Source: an uncultured Gammaproteobacteria bacterium (GTDB lineage Bacteria > Patescibacteriota > Microgenomatia > UBA12405). From it: DNA of 64,000 bases. The translations under genes were made by a program, and so were the position numbers. Every line of letters begins with the position of its first letter. Within the stretch, counting starts at the first letter, position 1. The stretch is taken from positions 43,459-107,458 of the forward strand of contig CAZVMP010000001.1 in assembly GCA_964628885.1 (NCBI GenBank), written 5' to 3'. A model generated the notes under the pieces. The model was not told the origin of the DNA, did no database searches, and saw only the letters and a list, made by a program, of their open reading frames with translations. Of this stretch, positions 18,984 to 29,926 are shown one piece after another.

Positions 18984-19906
18984 ACCCTATCCTTTCTATT
19001 ATTATAGTTTCCTACAATACTGCCGATATCACCATTAATTGTCTTAAATCAATTATTCGTGACAAAGGTCTTGGTCAATTTGATTATGAAATTATTGTTA
19101 TTGATAACAATTCTGCCGATGATAGTCTTACCAAACTTAAACAATTCCAAAAAAATCTTAATTTTAAAAATATCTCCTTTAAGATTATTGCCAACAAAAC
19201 TAACTTCGGTTTTGGTAAAGCTAATAATCAGGGACTTAAAATTGCTAGTGGTAATTACATTCTCTTTTTAAACTCTGATACCATTATCCTTCATTCTGCT
19301 ATTAGTCAGGCTCTTGATTGGCTCTGTTCTCATCCTGAAAGCTCTACTTGCACCGCCCAACTTCTTAATCAAGACAAAACTATTCAGGCTTCTGGTGGCT
19401 TCTTTCCTAATTTAGCTAACATTTTTACCTGGTGTCTCAATTTAGATGATCTCCCCTTAGTTAATAAAATTATTAAACCTATTCATCCTCATACTCCAAA
19501 TTTCTATACTCGAGACAAATTTTATCTTTTAGACCATCGTCAAGATTGGGTTACTGGAGCTTTTTTTCTCACTCGAAAACCTTTGTTAGATAAAGTCAAA
19601 GGTTTTGATGAGACTTATTTTATGTACGGAGAAGAACTTGAACTCTCGTATAGAATTTATCAATCCACTCCCGATAATCAAGTTTGGTATCTTGTCGGCC
19701 CTCAAATCATTCACTTAGGTGGAGCTTCAGCTGTAAAAAAACTTGACCCCATTCTTAATGAATACCGAGGATTTCTATCATTTTTCAAAAAACACAAACC
19801 TAAATGGCAATATCCCATCGTTAGGTTTTTACTTAAAATTAATGCCATTATTAGATCAGTTATTAATTTTTCTCCCACCTACTTCCAGGCATGTTTAAAA
19901 ATATAA
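18980..19906 (+). CDS. GT2 glycosyltransferase
   Basis: IIVSYNT, NFGFGKANN, LNSD, FMYGEE. Confidence 0.9.
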   Translation: MNPILSIIIVSYNTADITINCLKSIIRDKGLGQFDYEIIVIDNNSADDSLTKLKQFQKNLNFKNISFKIIANKTNFGFGKANNQGLKIASGNYILFLNSDTIILHSAISQALDWLCSHPESSTCTAQLLNQDKTIQASGGFFPNLANIFTWCLNLDDLPLVNKIIKPIHPHTPNFYTRDKFYLLDHRQDWVTGAFFLTRKPLLDKVKGFDETYFMYGEELELSYRIYQSTPDNQVWYLVGPQIIHLGGASAVKKLDPILNEYRGFLSFFKKHKPKWQYPIVRFLLKINAIIRSVINFSPTYFQACLKI

Positions 19907-21294
19907 ACCCTCTTAAATCAATTATTGCTATATTACTAGTCTTTATTCCTCTCTATCCTAAATTTCCTTTATTTAATGTTTCCAATACCTATGTTGCTGT
20001 TCGTCTTGATGATATTGTTGTTGCCCTGGCTGTTTTAGTTTGGTTTATCTATCAGATAACTCAAAGGTTTTCTTTTTCTAAGCTTAAAATTAGTCGATTA
20101 TTTTTAATCTACTTTTTAGCTATTTTTGTTAGCTTTATTCACGCTTTTTTAATTTATCAAACCGAGCCTACTAATATCTTAATTCTTCATCTTTTCCGTC
20201 GCTTTGAATATATGTCGTTATTCTTCATTGCCATTGACGCTGTTAAATCTCTTGATGATTTTAAGTTCCTTTACTATTTTTTCCTTATCTCAACCGGCCT
20301 GGTAACTTTCTATGGTTATGGACAAAAATACCTTAGTTACCCTGTAATTTCCACTATGAATTCAGAGTTTTCAAAAGGCCAATTACTTGAAATGAATATT
20401 TGGACTAGAATTAGTTCTACTTTCGCCGGTCACTATGATTTAGCCGCTTATCTTAGTGTTGCCCTTATTATTATTCTAGCTGTTTTTATCTTAAGCAAAA
20501 ATAAATTTACTAAAATTATTAGCCTCCTGATTTGGATTCCTGCTTATCAAATCCTAACTCTTACTGCCTCACGAATTTCAATTTTTGCCTTTCTTGGAGG
20601 AATTTGTTTAACCCTAATTCTAATCAAAAAATACCTCTGGATTATCCCCATTACCAGCTTAGTTGCTTTTAGCATTTTTAATTCTGGTGACTTAAACCAA
20701 CGTCTTATTGCCACCATTCCTGCTTTAAAAAATCAATTTACTCCCCAAACAATTACTACTCCCATTCCTACCGCTATCCCTACAGTTGCTGTTATTACTC
20801 CAAAACCATCCTTAGCCCCAGTAAAAATCACTACTCCTATTCCCACCATCGTCCGCCATCAACCAGAAGAATATCCCCCAGTTGATGCTGATGTTGGAGT
20901 TGCTAGATCTGGAGAAATTCGCTTTAATGCCGAATGGCCTAGGGCTATTACTGCTTGGCGTCGCAACCCTCTAGTTGGTAGTGGTTTGGGCTCAATTACC
21001 TTAGCTACTGATAATGATTATCTTCGAGCTTTAGGAGAAAGCGGATTATTCGGTCTAATTACTTTTTTGACCATTCTATTTTATTTTATTTTTAAAACCA
21101 TTCCCTTATATTTTAAAAAATCTAAAAATACCTATGATATTATTGCCCTAATCTGTCTTGGTGGTCTAATTACTACTCTCGCCAACGCTATTTTTATTGA
21201 TGTCTTTGAAGCTTCAAAAACGGCCTATCTCTTCTGGATTATGTTAGGCTGTTATTATCAATCATTAAATCTCAAAAATGACCCAAAAAAATAA
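19891..21294 (+). CDS. O-antigen ligase/polymerase (Wzy_C) family membrane protein
   Basis: RISSTF, LTASR, R...WP.A.....P..G.G.G, TDNDYLR.LGE.G; Thr/Pro-rich loop. Confidence 0.8.
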   Translation: MFKNINPLKSIIAILLVFIPLYPKFPLFNVSNTYVAVRLDDIVVALAVLVWFIYQITQRFSFSKLKISRLFLIYFLAIFVSFIHAFLIYQTEPTNILILHLFRRFEYMSLFFIAIDAVKSLDDFKFLYYFFLISTGLVTFYGYGQKYLSYPVISTMNSEFSKGQLLEMNIWTRISSTFAGHYDLAAYLSVALIIILAVFILSKNKFTKIISLLIWIPAYQILTLTASRISIFAFLGGICLTLILIKKYLWIIPITSLVAFSIFNSGDLNQRLIATIPALKNQFTPQTITTPIPTAIPTVAVITPKPSLAPVKITTPIPTIVRHQPEEYPPVDADVGVARSGEIRFNAEWPRAITAWRRNPLVGSGLGSITLATDNDYLRALGESGLFGLITFLTILFYFIFKTIPLYFKKSKNTYDIIALICLGGLITTLANAIFIDVFEASKTAYLFWIMLGCYYQSLNLKNDPKK

Positions 21295-22504
21295 ACGAAA
21301 CATCTTAATGATTACTCCCTACATCCCCAGACTTTCTCAGTCCGGCGGTCAAAACAGTTCTTTTTATTCCATAAAATATTTATCTTCCGACAATAATATT
21401 ACCCTTATTTGTCTTAGCCCTGATGAAGAAGGTTTAGAAGATATTAAACAATATTGTTCTAAAGTCATTGTTGTTAAACGTGGTAAAACCTGGGATCCTA
21501 AAAAAGTTATACTTACCGGGTTAAGTAAATACCCGTTTTTAGTTGTAAAGCATATCAATAAAAACTTTCGTCAAGCCATCAAAAATGAACTAGATAATAA
21601 TCAATTTGACCTCATCCACTGCGATTGCTTTTACCCCATGCCCAACATCCCTAAAACCAAAGTTCCTATCGTCTTAGTTGACTTAACAGTTGAATATGCT
21701 GTTTATCAACATTATGTTGAAACTGTTTCCGGATGGAAAAAAATCTTTAAACCCTTTCTTTGGATTGATGTTCTTAAACTAAAATATTGGGAAACATATT
21801 ATTGGAAAAACACCCATACCGTAGTTGCTTTTGCTCAAGAAGACCAAGAATTAATTTCTAAAATTACTAAACGTAATGATATCCAACTATTCCAAAATGG
21901 GGTTGATAATAAATTTTTTGAGTCAAAACCAAAAACTCCCAGAAGCCCATTCCCTTCAGTTTTATTTGGTGTTTCCAATATGAAGTGGATGCAAAACCGT
22001 GAGTCTGTCGAAATGATTATAAAAGATTCTTGGCCAGCTATTAAAAAGGCTATTCCTAATTGTAAACTTTATATTATTGGCCGTCATTCTCCTGATTATT
22101 ACAGTCATTACCGATCTCCAGACGTGATTGTTCAGGAAGCTGATTTTGACGGTCAACCTCAAGATCCAATGTATTACTACCAATATTGTTGGCTTCTTCT
22201 AGCCCCTATGGGTAGCGGTGGTGGTACCCGAAACAAATTTTTAGAAGCCATGGCCTGTCGACTTCCTATCGTAACCACTCCTGAAGGTATGGGAGGAATT
22301 AAAATAGAAAATTTCAAAGAATCAATTGTTTGTGATTATCATCAAGTCGCCAAAAATGCTATTAATCTCCTCAAAGATCATCAAACCCGTCAAGCTATGG
22401 GAGAAGCTGCTAATAAATTAATCACCAGAAAATATTCCTACCAAAACAGTGTTGATGGTTTGAATAAAATTTACCAGAAAATTACTAATGCTAAAAAAAA
22501 TTGA
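21278..22504 (+). CDS. GT4 glycosyltransferase
   Basis: GGGTRNKFLEAMACRLPIVTT. Confidence 0.88.
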   Translation: MTQKNKRNILMITPYIPRLSQSGGQNSSFYSIKYLSSDNNITLICLSPDEEGLEDIKQYCSKVIVVKRGKTWDPKKVILTGLSKYPFLVVKHINKNFRQAIKNELDNNQFDLIHCDCFYPMPNIPKTKVPIVLVDLTVEYAVYQHYVETVSGWKKIFKPFLWIDVLKLKYWETYYWKNTHTVVAFAQEDQELISKITKRNDIQLFQNGVDNKFFESKPKTPRSPFPSVLFGVSNMKWMQNRESVEMIIKDSWPAIKKAIPNCKLYIIGRHSPDYYSHYRSPDVIVQEADFDGQPQDPMYYYQYCWLLLAPMGSGGGTRNKFLEAMACRLPIVTTPEGMGGIKIENFKESIVCDYHQVAKNAINLLKDHQTRQAMGEAANKLITRKYSYQNSVDGLNKIYQKITNAKKN

Positions 22505-23411
22505 TCTTTCGATTGTAATTCTCAATTACAATTCGGCAGGGTTTCTTAACCGTTGTCTTAAGAGTATCGCTAAATCAAAACTGGGCAATTATCGCATCGA
22601 GATAATAGTTGTCGATAATGCCTCTACCGACAAAAGTCTTAAACTGGCACAAAAAAATAAATCTATCCCAGTTAAGTACTTAAAGCTTAAAAAAAATATT
22701 GGCTTTGCTGCCGGTAACAATCAAGGAGTTAAAGCTGTCAATCCCAAAACAAAGTATCTTCTATTCTTAAACCCCGATACTATCGTCCAGTCAAAGACAT
22801 TAAAAACTATGATTGAATTCTTTGATCATAATTCTAACGTCTCTGCCGCTACCTGTTATATTAAGTTAGCTAAAACTGGCCAAATGCAACCCGAATGCCA
22901 CCGTGGTTTTCCTACTCCTTGGCGCTCTTTTTGTTATTTTAGTGGCATTTCTAAAATCTTTCCCAAATCAAAGTTTTTTAACGGTTATTTTTTAGGACAT
23001 CTTGATACCACCAAAACCCATCCAATCGAGGCTTGTGTTGGCGCCTTTCTTATGGTTAGAAAAGAGGTTGGTCAAAAAATAAATTGGTGGAATGAAAAAT
23101 ATTTTTTCTATGGTGAGGATTTAGATTTTTGTTACCAACTCTATCAAAAAAAATATCAATTATTTTTTAACCCTCATTGTCAAATTACTCATTTTCAAGG
23201 AATTTCATCAGGAATAAAATCACAAAGCCAGAAACTCTCTTCAGCTGATCGTCAAACTAAAATTTTATCAGCCAAATCCAGTACTCAAGCCATGAAAATT
23301 TTCTATCAAGAAAACTTATTTTCCAAATATAATCGACCAACTCGCTATTTAGTTCTTGGTGGAATCAAACTTTTAGAATTTAAGCGTCTCTTTAAGGCTA
23401 AATATTTATGA
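22488..23411 (+). CDS. GT2 glycosyltransferase (WbbL-like)
   Basis: DNASTD, NIGFAAGNN, LNPD, FFYGEDLD. Confidence 0.9.
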   Translation: MLKKIDLSIVILNYNSAGFLNRCLKSIAKSKLGNYRIEIIVVDNASTDKSLKLAQKNKSIPVKYLKLKKNIGFAAGNNQGVKAVNPKTKYLLFLNPDTIVQSKTLKTMIEFFDHNSNVSAATCYIKLAKTGQMQPECHRGFPTPWRSFCYFSGISKIFPKSKFFNGYFLGHLDTTKTHPIEACVGAFLMVRKEVGQKINWWNEKYFFYGEDLDFCYQLYQKKYQLFFNPHCQITHFQGISSGIKSQSQKLSSADRQTKILSAKSSTQAMKIFYQENLFSKYNRPTRYLVLGGIKLLEFKRLFKAKYL

Positions 23412-24535
23412 CTAAAAAACACATCATTATTGACGCCAGACTTTACGGCCCCAAACATACTGGTATTGGTCGTTATACTAAAAATATTTTATTAGCTCTT
23501 ACCAAACAGCCTAATTTTTCTAACTACCGCTTTAGCCTGATTGTCTATCCAGAACTACTTGACCAGATAACTGCCAATCTTGGGAAAAACTTTAATTTTA
23601 TTACCACCAATATCCGTCACTATTCTCTTAAAGAGCAATTATTACTACCTTTTATTATCTTAAAACTTAAGCCAGATTTAGTTCATTTTACTCACTTTAA
23701 TAAACCCTTATTTTATTTTGGAAAATCAGTTGTTACTATTCACGATCTTATTAAACATTTTTTTAGGGGTAAATCAAACACTACCAAAAGTTCAATTTTT
23801 TATTGGCCAAAATATCTTTTTTACTTACTAATTACTAATATCATTATTAAAACTAATACCATTATCGTTCCTAGTAATTTTTGGCGCCACTACATCATCG
23901 ATCATTTTCATATCTCACCTCAAAAAATTACTACCACTCACGAAGCCGTTGACCCTCAATTCAAAAAAAATCTTTCTTCTCCTAAACCCTCTAAAAAACC
24001 AATAGGGGACTATCTTATCTATACTGGCAATCTTTATCCTCATAAAAATATTAAAGTCATTTTAAAAGCTCTTAAGTCTCTTCCTAAATTAAAATTAAAA
24101 ATTATTAGTGCTAGAAGTTTTTTTACCGATAAGATTGAATCCTTGGCTAAAGAAAATCAAGTCAATCATCAAGTAGAATTTCTTGGCTATCTTCCTGATG
24201 ATAAGTTTTCCCAAATATATTCTCAAGCTATTGCCCTAGTTCACCCTTCATTTATGGAGGGCTTTAGCCTAACTGGTCTTGAGGCTATGGCCCTAAGCTG
24301 CCCGGTTATTTCTTCCAACAGTAGTTGTTTACCTGAAATTTATCAAGATTCCGTTCTTTATTTTGACCCCAACAATAGCTCTCAACTAGTCTCTCAAATT
24401 AAAAAACTTAATAAGAATCCTATCCTCAGGCAAGAGCTTATCAAAAAAGGTCATCTTCAAGTAAATAAATATTCTTGGGATAAAACTGCCCAACAAACAT
24501 TAGCTGTTTACCAAAAAATCCTTAATGACTGCTAA
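23408..24535 (+). CDS. GT4 glycosyltransferase
   Basis: TGIGRY, GNLYPHKN, EGFSLTGLEAM. Confidence 0.9.
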   Translation: MTKKHIIIDARLYGPKHTGIGRYTKNILLALTKQPNFSNYRFSLIVYPELLDQITANLGKNFNFITTNIRHYSLKEQLLLPFIILKLKPDLVHFTHFNKPLFYFGKSVVTIHDLIKHFFRGKSNTTKSSIFYWPKYLFYLLITNIIIKTNTIIVPSNFWRHYIIDHFHISPQKITTTHEAVDPQFKKNLSSPKPSKKPIGDYLIYTGNLYPHKNIKVILKALKSLPKLKLKIISARSFFTDKIESLAKENQVNHQVEFLGYLPDDKFSQIYSQAIALVHPSFMEGFSLTGLEAMALSCPVISSNSSCLPEIYQDSVLYFDPNNSSQLVSQIKKLNKNPILRQELIKKGHLQVNKYSWDKTAQQTLAVYQKILNDC

Positions 24536-25622
24536 ACCAAAGGTTGCCATTTTCTACGACTGGCTCAATCAATGGGGAGGAGCTGAAAAAGTTCTGCTAG
24601 ACATTCTAGAAATATTCCCAAAATCACCAGTCTTCACTTTAAATTACTACCCTAAAAACACTCCTTGGTTACCAAAATCAACTAAAGTTGTTCCTTCCTT
24701 TATTAACCATCTACCCTTCAGTCACCAGAACCCGTTAATTTATACTCCCTTTTATTCTCTAGCTTTAGAAAAATTTGATTTTTCCCAGTTTGATATTATT
24801 ATATCTACCACTTCAACCATCGGCCACTGTCTCCTAACCCCACCATTAACCCTGTTTATCTGTTATTTTCACAATACTAATCGATATCTTTATCAAACTC
24901 CAAAACAGTTTAAGTTTCTCAAACCGTTTTTACAAAAATATCAAAAAACCGACTTTATCTATGGTCAAAGACCAGATTTTTGTCTCTGTAATTCCCAAAC
25001 TGTTAGTCATAGAATTAAAACTCATTACCACCGAACAGCTAAAGTTATTTATCCCGGAATTGATACTTCATTCTTTGTTCCTAAAAATAATGATAATATC
25101 TCCCCTTATTTTCTAATTGTCTCCCGATTAGTTGAACATAAAAAAATTGATATTGCTATCCGCGCCTGCCAACAACTAAAGCAAAAATTAGTCATTGTTG
25201 GAGATGGTCGTGATAAAAATAAATTAATTAAATTAGCCAGCAGTTATCCCAATTCTCAGATTGTTTTTGCTGGCAAAGTTTCTCCCAAAAAACTCCTAAC
25301 TCTCTATCAAAATTGCCAAGCTCTTATCTGTCCTCAAATTGAGGATTTTGGATTAACTCCTCTTGAAGCTCAAGCTTGCGGTAAACCAGTCATTGCCTTC
25401 AATCAAGGTGGATTAACTGAAACCGTCATCAATCACCAAACTGGACTATTTTTTAACCACCAAACAGTTAATTCTTTAGTTAAAACCATGACCAAATTCC
25501 ACCCTGAACAATTTTCTCCGTCAGTCTGTCTTCAGAACGCTGCCAAATTTTCCCGAGAAAAATTTATGCTAAACTTTAAAGAAACCATTAACCAATTATG
25601 GCTAAATCAAACCAATATGTAG
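24525..25622 (+). CDS. GT4 glycosyltransferase (WbaZ-like mannosyltransferase)
   Basis: DWLNQWGGAEKV, SRLVEHK, EDFGLTPLEAQACG. Confidence 0.9.
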   Translation: MTAKPKVAIFYDWLNQWGGAEKVLLDILEIFPKSPVFTLNYYPKNTPWLPKSTKVVPSFINHLPFSHQNPLIYTPFYSLALEKFDFSQFDIIISTTSTIGHCLLTPPLTLFICYFHNTNRYLYQTPKQFKFLKPFLQKYQKTDFIYGQRPDFCLCNSQTVSHRIKTHYHRTAKVIYPGIDTSFFVPKNNDNISPYFLIVSRLVEHKKIDIAIRACQQLKQKLVIVGDGRDKNKLIKLASSYPNSQIVFAGKVSPKKLLTLYQNCQALICPQIEDFGLTPLEAQACGKPVIAFNQGGLTETVINHQTGLFFNHQTVNSLVKTMTKFHPEQFSPSVCLQNAAKFSREKFMLNFKETINQLWLNQTNM

Positions 25623-26689
25623 TCATTCTCTGTGGAGGTAGCGGCCCCCGCCTTTGGCCACTTTCTCACGCCGGTCACCCTAAACAATTTCTCAAAATAT
25701 TAGGTAAAAAAACTCTCTTAGAACAAACTCTTTCTCGTTTTCAAAAATTCTGTCCCACTAAAAATATTTTTATAGTTTCCAACCAAAAATATCAAACTAA
25801 AATTGATAAACTCTTAGGCAAAAAGATTCCTTCTCAGAATTTTATTTACGAACCAGAAAAGAAGAATACTACCATGGCCATTCTTTTGGCCTTAGCTCAC
25901 ATCCAAAAACTAGACCCAAATGCTGTTGTTACCACCACCCCTGCAGACCACTATATTAAAAAAATAACTAGCTTTAAAAAAAATATCGCCGACTCTCAAA
26001 AATCAGCTCAAAACCATCATCGGATTATTACTATTGGAATTAAACCAACCTTTGCTAATACCTCCTATGGTTACATTGTTCCTCGTCAAAAAAATCAACC
26101 GTTATCCAATGTCAGTTTGTTTATTGAAAAACCAGACAAGCAAACTGCTCAAAATCTAATCAAAAAAGGAGCTTTGTGGAATTCTGGAATTTATACCTTT
26201 ACTCTTACTGACATGATTAATGAAATTGAAAAACTTCAACCAGAATATTTCGACCTTTATCAGCAACTCATCAATTCACCTGAAATTGATAATAAAATTA
26301 TTAAAAAAGTTTACTCAAAATCACTCGATTTACCTATTGATAGATCAGTCTCAGAAAAAAGCGACAAAATCTATCTTATCTTGGCAACTTTTGATTGGAG
26401 CGATGTTGGAGAATGGAAATCTATCCACCAAAGATCCAACCAAGACCTTGATAACAATGCTGCTATTAATCCTAACACCAACTATCTGGCTCATAATTCA
26501 AAAAATTGTCTTATCAATAGTTCTAAAAATAAACTCATTGGTTTAGTTGGAGTTAATAATTTAGCAATTATTGATACCGATGATGGTCTTTTAATTTGTA
26601 ATCTCGATGACAGTTATCATGTTCGTGACCTTATTACCAAAATGGTTAAAGATAAAAAATATAAATCATTTTTTCTTAAAAAATCATGA
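25598..26689 (+). CDS. manC: Mannose-1-phosphate guanylyltransferase
   Basis: GGSGPRLWPLS...PKQF, PADH, FIEKP, WNSG, WSDVG. Confidence 0.9.
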   Translation: MAKSNQYVVILCGGSGPRLWPLSHAGHPKQFLKILGKKTLLEQTLSRFQKFCPTKNIFIVSNQKYQTKIDKLLGKKIPSQNFIYEPEKKNTTMAILLALAHIQKLDPNAVVTTTPADHYIKKITSFKKNIADSQKSAQNHHRIITIGIKPTFANTSYGYIVPRQKNQPLSNVSLFIEKPDKQTAQNLIKKGALWNSGIYTFTLTDMINEIEKLQPEYFDLYQQLINSPEIDNKIIKKVYSKSLDLPIDRSVSEKSDKIYLILATFDWSDVGEWKSIHQRSNQDLDNNAAINPNTNYLAHNSKNCLINSSKNKLIGLVGVNNLAIIDTDDGLLICNLDDSYHVRDLITKMVKDKKYKSFFLKKS

Positions 26690-27327
26690 AAGATAAACTT
26701 TATTTTCAAATCTTTAAAAGAACCTTAGATATCATCAGCGCTATTGTTCTTATGATTATTTTTTCTCCCATATTCTTAATTACCTCCATTCTTATTAAAA
26801 TTACTTCTCCTGGGCCTATTTTTTTTAAACAAAAACGAGTTACTAGAAATAATAAAGAATTTTGGATGTATAAATTCCGATCTATGTATACTGGCGATAA
26901 TGATAAACGGCTTAAAGAGAATTATCCAGAATTATGGAAAAAGTATAAAGATGGTGGCTGGAAACTACCCATGTCCGAAGACCCCAGAATTACTCCTATT
27001 GGTAAAATTATCAGAGCCTCGTCAGTCGACGAATTTCCTCAATTAGTTAATGTTTTAAAAGGAGAAATGAGTTTAATCGGCCCTAGGGCCTATCGAGAAG
27101 AAGAACTCCGAGAATATGAGAAAAAATATCCTCGAACCAGAAAATATATTAATGATATTAGATCCGTTAAACCAGGAATAACTGGCCTCTGGCAAACTTC
27201 AGGAAGAAACGAGCTAAACTTTGAACAAAGAGCTAAGCTCGATTCAAAATATATCCGCAATCAATCTATTAGACAAGAACTTATTATCATCCTCAAAACC
27301 CCCATGTGTATGATTTCTCGCTGGTAA
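26686..27327 (+). CDS. Polyprenyl-phosphate phosphoglycosyl transferase (bacterial sugar transferase)
   Basis: KRTLDI, YKFRSM, DPRIT, DEFPQL, GEMSLIGPR, KPGITGLWQ. Confidence 0.93.
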   Translation: MKDKLYFQIFKRTLDIISAIVLMIIFSPIFLITSILIKITSPGPIFFKQKRVTRNNKEFWMYKFRSMYTGDNDKRLKENYPELWKKYKDGGWKLPMSEDPRITPIGKIIRASSVDEFPQLVNVLKGEMSLIGPRAYREEELREYEKKYPRTRKYINDIRSVKPGITGLWQTSGRNELNFEQRAKLDSKYIRNQSIRQELIIILKTPMCMISRW

Positions 27328-27422
27328 TAATCATAAATTTGTTTAAAAAATATTAAAATAAATATAAAAAAATTTTAGAATTTCCTCTAGCAAAAAAACT
27401 TTTTGTTAGCTAAAATTAAAAG

Positions 27423-29351
27423 ATGGATTTAATCACTAAAACTGCCAACACTCGGCCTGGTAAAAAAGTTAAAAAAACTAATCACCGACTACTTAAAATC
27501 TCTGGGGTTATCTTAGCTGTTATTCTCACCATTCTTATTAGTTTATCTCTCACCATCTATTTCCCCGCCAAACAATTAGTTTCCCAGCTTGAAATCACCA
27601 AAACTGAAATTAATCATCTTCAACAATCGCTAAATGATAAAGATTTAGAAAAAATTAAAATTAATCTTGACATTATTAAAGATCATCTTAATTCTATTGA
27701 CGCCACTTATTCAAAATTAAAACTAACAAGATTTATTCCTATTATTAATAATTATTATAAAGATGGACTCCGCGCCATTAGTATTGCCAAAACCAGCCTT
27801 GATACTAGTGAAATTGTTATCAAAGCCATCGAACCATATAAAGATTTTTTAGGAATGACCGGTTCAGCCACTTCTAGTGAAGAAACTACCCAGGACAGAA
27901 TTGCTTTCTTGACTCAATCAGTAGAAAGTCTTATTCCATATTTAGATACCATTGAAATCAAAATTGCTGAAATTAATAATTCTGCTGCTGAAATTGATGC
28001 CTCTCGGTACCCAGAAGAATTCCACGACTATCAAATCAAACCCAATATTATCAAAATTCAAGAACTCCTTAACCAATCTCATAAATTAATTAAGGATGGT
28101 AAACCTCTTTTATCCCAAATTTCTTGGCTTTTAGGTAAAGATTCTCCTCGAAAATACCTGATGATATTTCAAAATGATGGAGAACTTAGACCTAGCGGTG
28201 GATTCTGGACCGCATACAGTACTATGACCGTTGATAACGGTAAGGTTATTCCCGGTACTGCCAGCAATATCTATGATCTTGACGATCGAATTAATAGTCG
28301 AACTCCAGCTCCTAGACTCATTAAAAACTATCATATTAATGTCCCTTATCTTACTCTCCGTGACAGCAATCTCTCTCCAGACTTCCCTGAAGACGCCAAA
28401 ATATTTTTAGATCAATATTTAAAAGCCACTGGTAGTAAAGAAAAATTTGATGCCATCATTGCTATTGATACTCAACTTTTAGTTGATATGGTTGCCGTTT
28501 TAGGTAAACTTGATACCCGAGTTGGCACCTTTACCACCCAACCAGACCAAAGATGCTACGGCTGCCCTCAAATTATTTATGAAATGCAGTGGATGTCTGG
28601 ACGACCCCGAGATTATATTGAAAAAAACCGAAAAGATTTCATGAATCCACTAATGTCAGCCTTACTGGCCAATGTCATGGGGTCAGAAAAAAATAAAATG
28701 GGCCAACTAATCCAGGCTGGATTTAAAAGTATTAATGAAAAGCACGTCTTATTTTACTTCCCTGATAAAGATAAACAAGAAATGGGTAATTTAGCTAACA
28801 TTACTGGTAAGATCTTTGAAGTTGATAATTCAACCGATTATCTTCATCTTAATGATGCTAATTTTGCCAGTGCTAAAAGTAATATTTTTATCACCCAAAA
28901 AATTAAGCACGAAATTACTATTAAAAATAATCAAGCTCAGCATAAAATAAATATTACTTACGCCAATTCTGCCCCAGGATCTAATTGTAATCTAGAAAAA
29001 GGGGGACTTTGTCTTAATGCTTCTACTTATAGAAACCTCTTCCGCTTTTATACTCCTATCGGCTCCAAACTTACTAAAATAACTGGCTCCGAGATAGAAC
29101 CAGTTGAATACGAAGAGCTCAATAAACAAGTTTTTGAAGGGTTTTATGGCAATAAGTTTGGACTTAATCCTCAGTCAAATTTAAAAACTTCCATTGAGTA
29201 TACCTCTGGAGCCCAAATTGGTTCTATCTACACCTTAATGTTGCAAAAACAACCTGGAACCAAACCTGTTGATTATGAACTAACTATTAATGGTTCTAAA
29301 CAACCCACCTTCCAGTGGGTGGCTGATAAAACCATTAAGTTTACTCTCTAA
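27423..29351 (+). CDS. DUF4012 domain membrane-anchored protein
   Basis: YL..FQN..ELRPSGGF, RDSN.SPDFP. Confidence 0.85.
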   Translation: MDLITKTANTRPGKKVKKTNHRLLKISGVILAVILTILISLSLTIYFPAKQLVSQLEITKTEINHLQQSLNDKDLEKIKINLDIIKDHLNSIDATYSKLKLTRFIPIINNYYKDGLRAISIAKTSLDTSEIVIKAIEPYKDFLGMTGSATSSEETTQDRIAFLTQSVESLIPYLDTIEIKIAEINNSAAEIDASRYPEEFHDYQIKPNIIKIQELLNQSHKLIKDGKPLLSQISWLLGKDSPRKYLMIFQNDGELRPSGGFWTAYSTMTVDNGKVIPGTASNIYDLDDRINSRTPAPRLIKNYHINVPYLTLRDSNLSPDFPEDAKIFLDQYLKATGSKEKFDAIIAIDTQLLVDMVAVLGKLDTRVGTFTTQPDQRCYGCPQIIYEMQWMSGRPRDYIEKNRKDFMNPLMSALLANVMGSEKNKMGQLIQAGFKSINEKHVLFYFPDKDKQEMGNLANITGKIFEVDNSTDYLHLNDANFASAKSNIFITQKIKHEITIKNNQAQHKINITYANSAPGSNCNLEKGGLCLNASTYRNLFRFYTPIGSKLTKITGSEIEPVEYEELNKQVFEGFYGNKFGLNPQSNLKTSIEYTSGAQIGSIYTLMLQKQPGTKPVDYELTINGSKQPTFQWVADKTIKFTL

Positions 29352-29912
29352 ATGGATCGCTATAAATCAACCCTAGGGATTGTTATTAACAAAAAAACTA
29401 CCAAAGAATCTGATTTGTTAATTACCTTACTAACCCCAAGAATGGGTAAAATTATCGCCATTGCCAAGGGTGCTAAAAATATAAAAAGCAGTCGTTTAGG
29501 AAATCTTCAATTAGGTAATACTATTAAAGTCCAACTTTATCAAAAAGACGATTTCACCTGGATATCAGAATCAAAAAACATTTCTCCATTTCTCCAAACA
29601 GATAAAAATTTAGCTCAATTAAATCTCCTTTTTTATTTTTTAGAAATTGTTAATTTATTTATTGCTGAAAACCAGCAATTGGATAGAATTTTTGAGATCT
29701 CCCAAAACATTATTGCTGCCATTAATAAGAATCTTATTCGTCAATATATTCAAAATGAGATTTATTTTTTAGAAACACTAGGATTTGGGGTTCCTCAAGA
29801 CATAAAAACCTCTTTTGAACAAAAAGATTATAAAACTAGCCAAAAACTGATTAAAAGATTTTTTGAATCAATTATTGAAAAACCTCTGCAAAGTAACAAA
29901 TTGTTTAGATAA
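29352..29912 (+). CDS. recO: DNA repair protein RecO (short form)
   Basis: ESD.LITLLT...GKI..IAKGA OB-fold; upstream of glyQS. Confidence 0.8.
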   Translation: MDRYKSTLGIVINKKTTKESDLLITLLTPRMGKIIAIAKGAKNIKSSRLGNLQLGNTIKVQLYQKDDFTWISESKNISPFLQTDKNLAQLNLLFYFLEIVNLFIAENQQLDRIFEISQNIIAAINKNLIRQYIQNEIYFLETLGFGVPQDIKTSFEQKDYKTSQKLIKRFFESIIEKPLQSNKLFR

Positions 29913-29926
29913 GCTATAATACTTTT

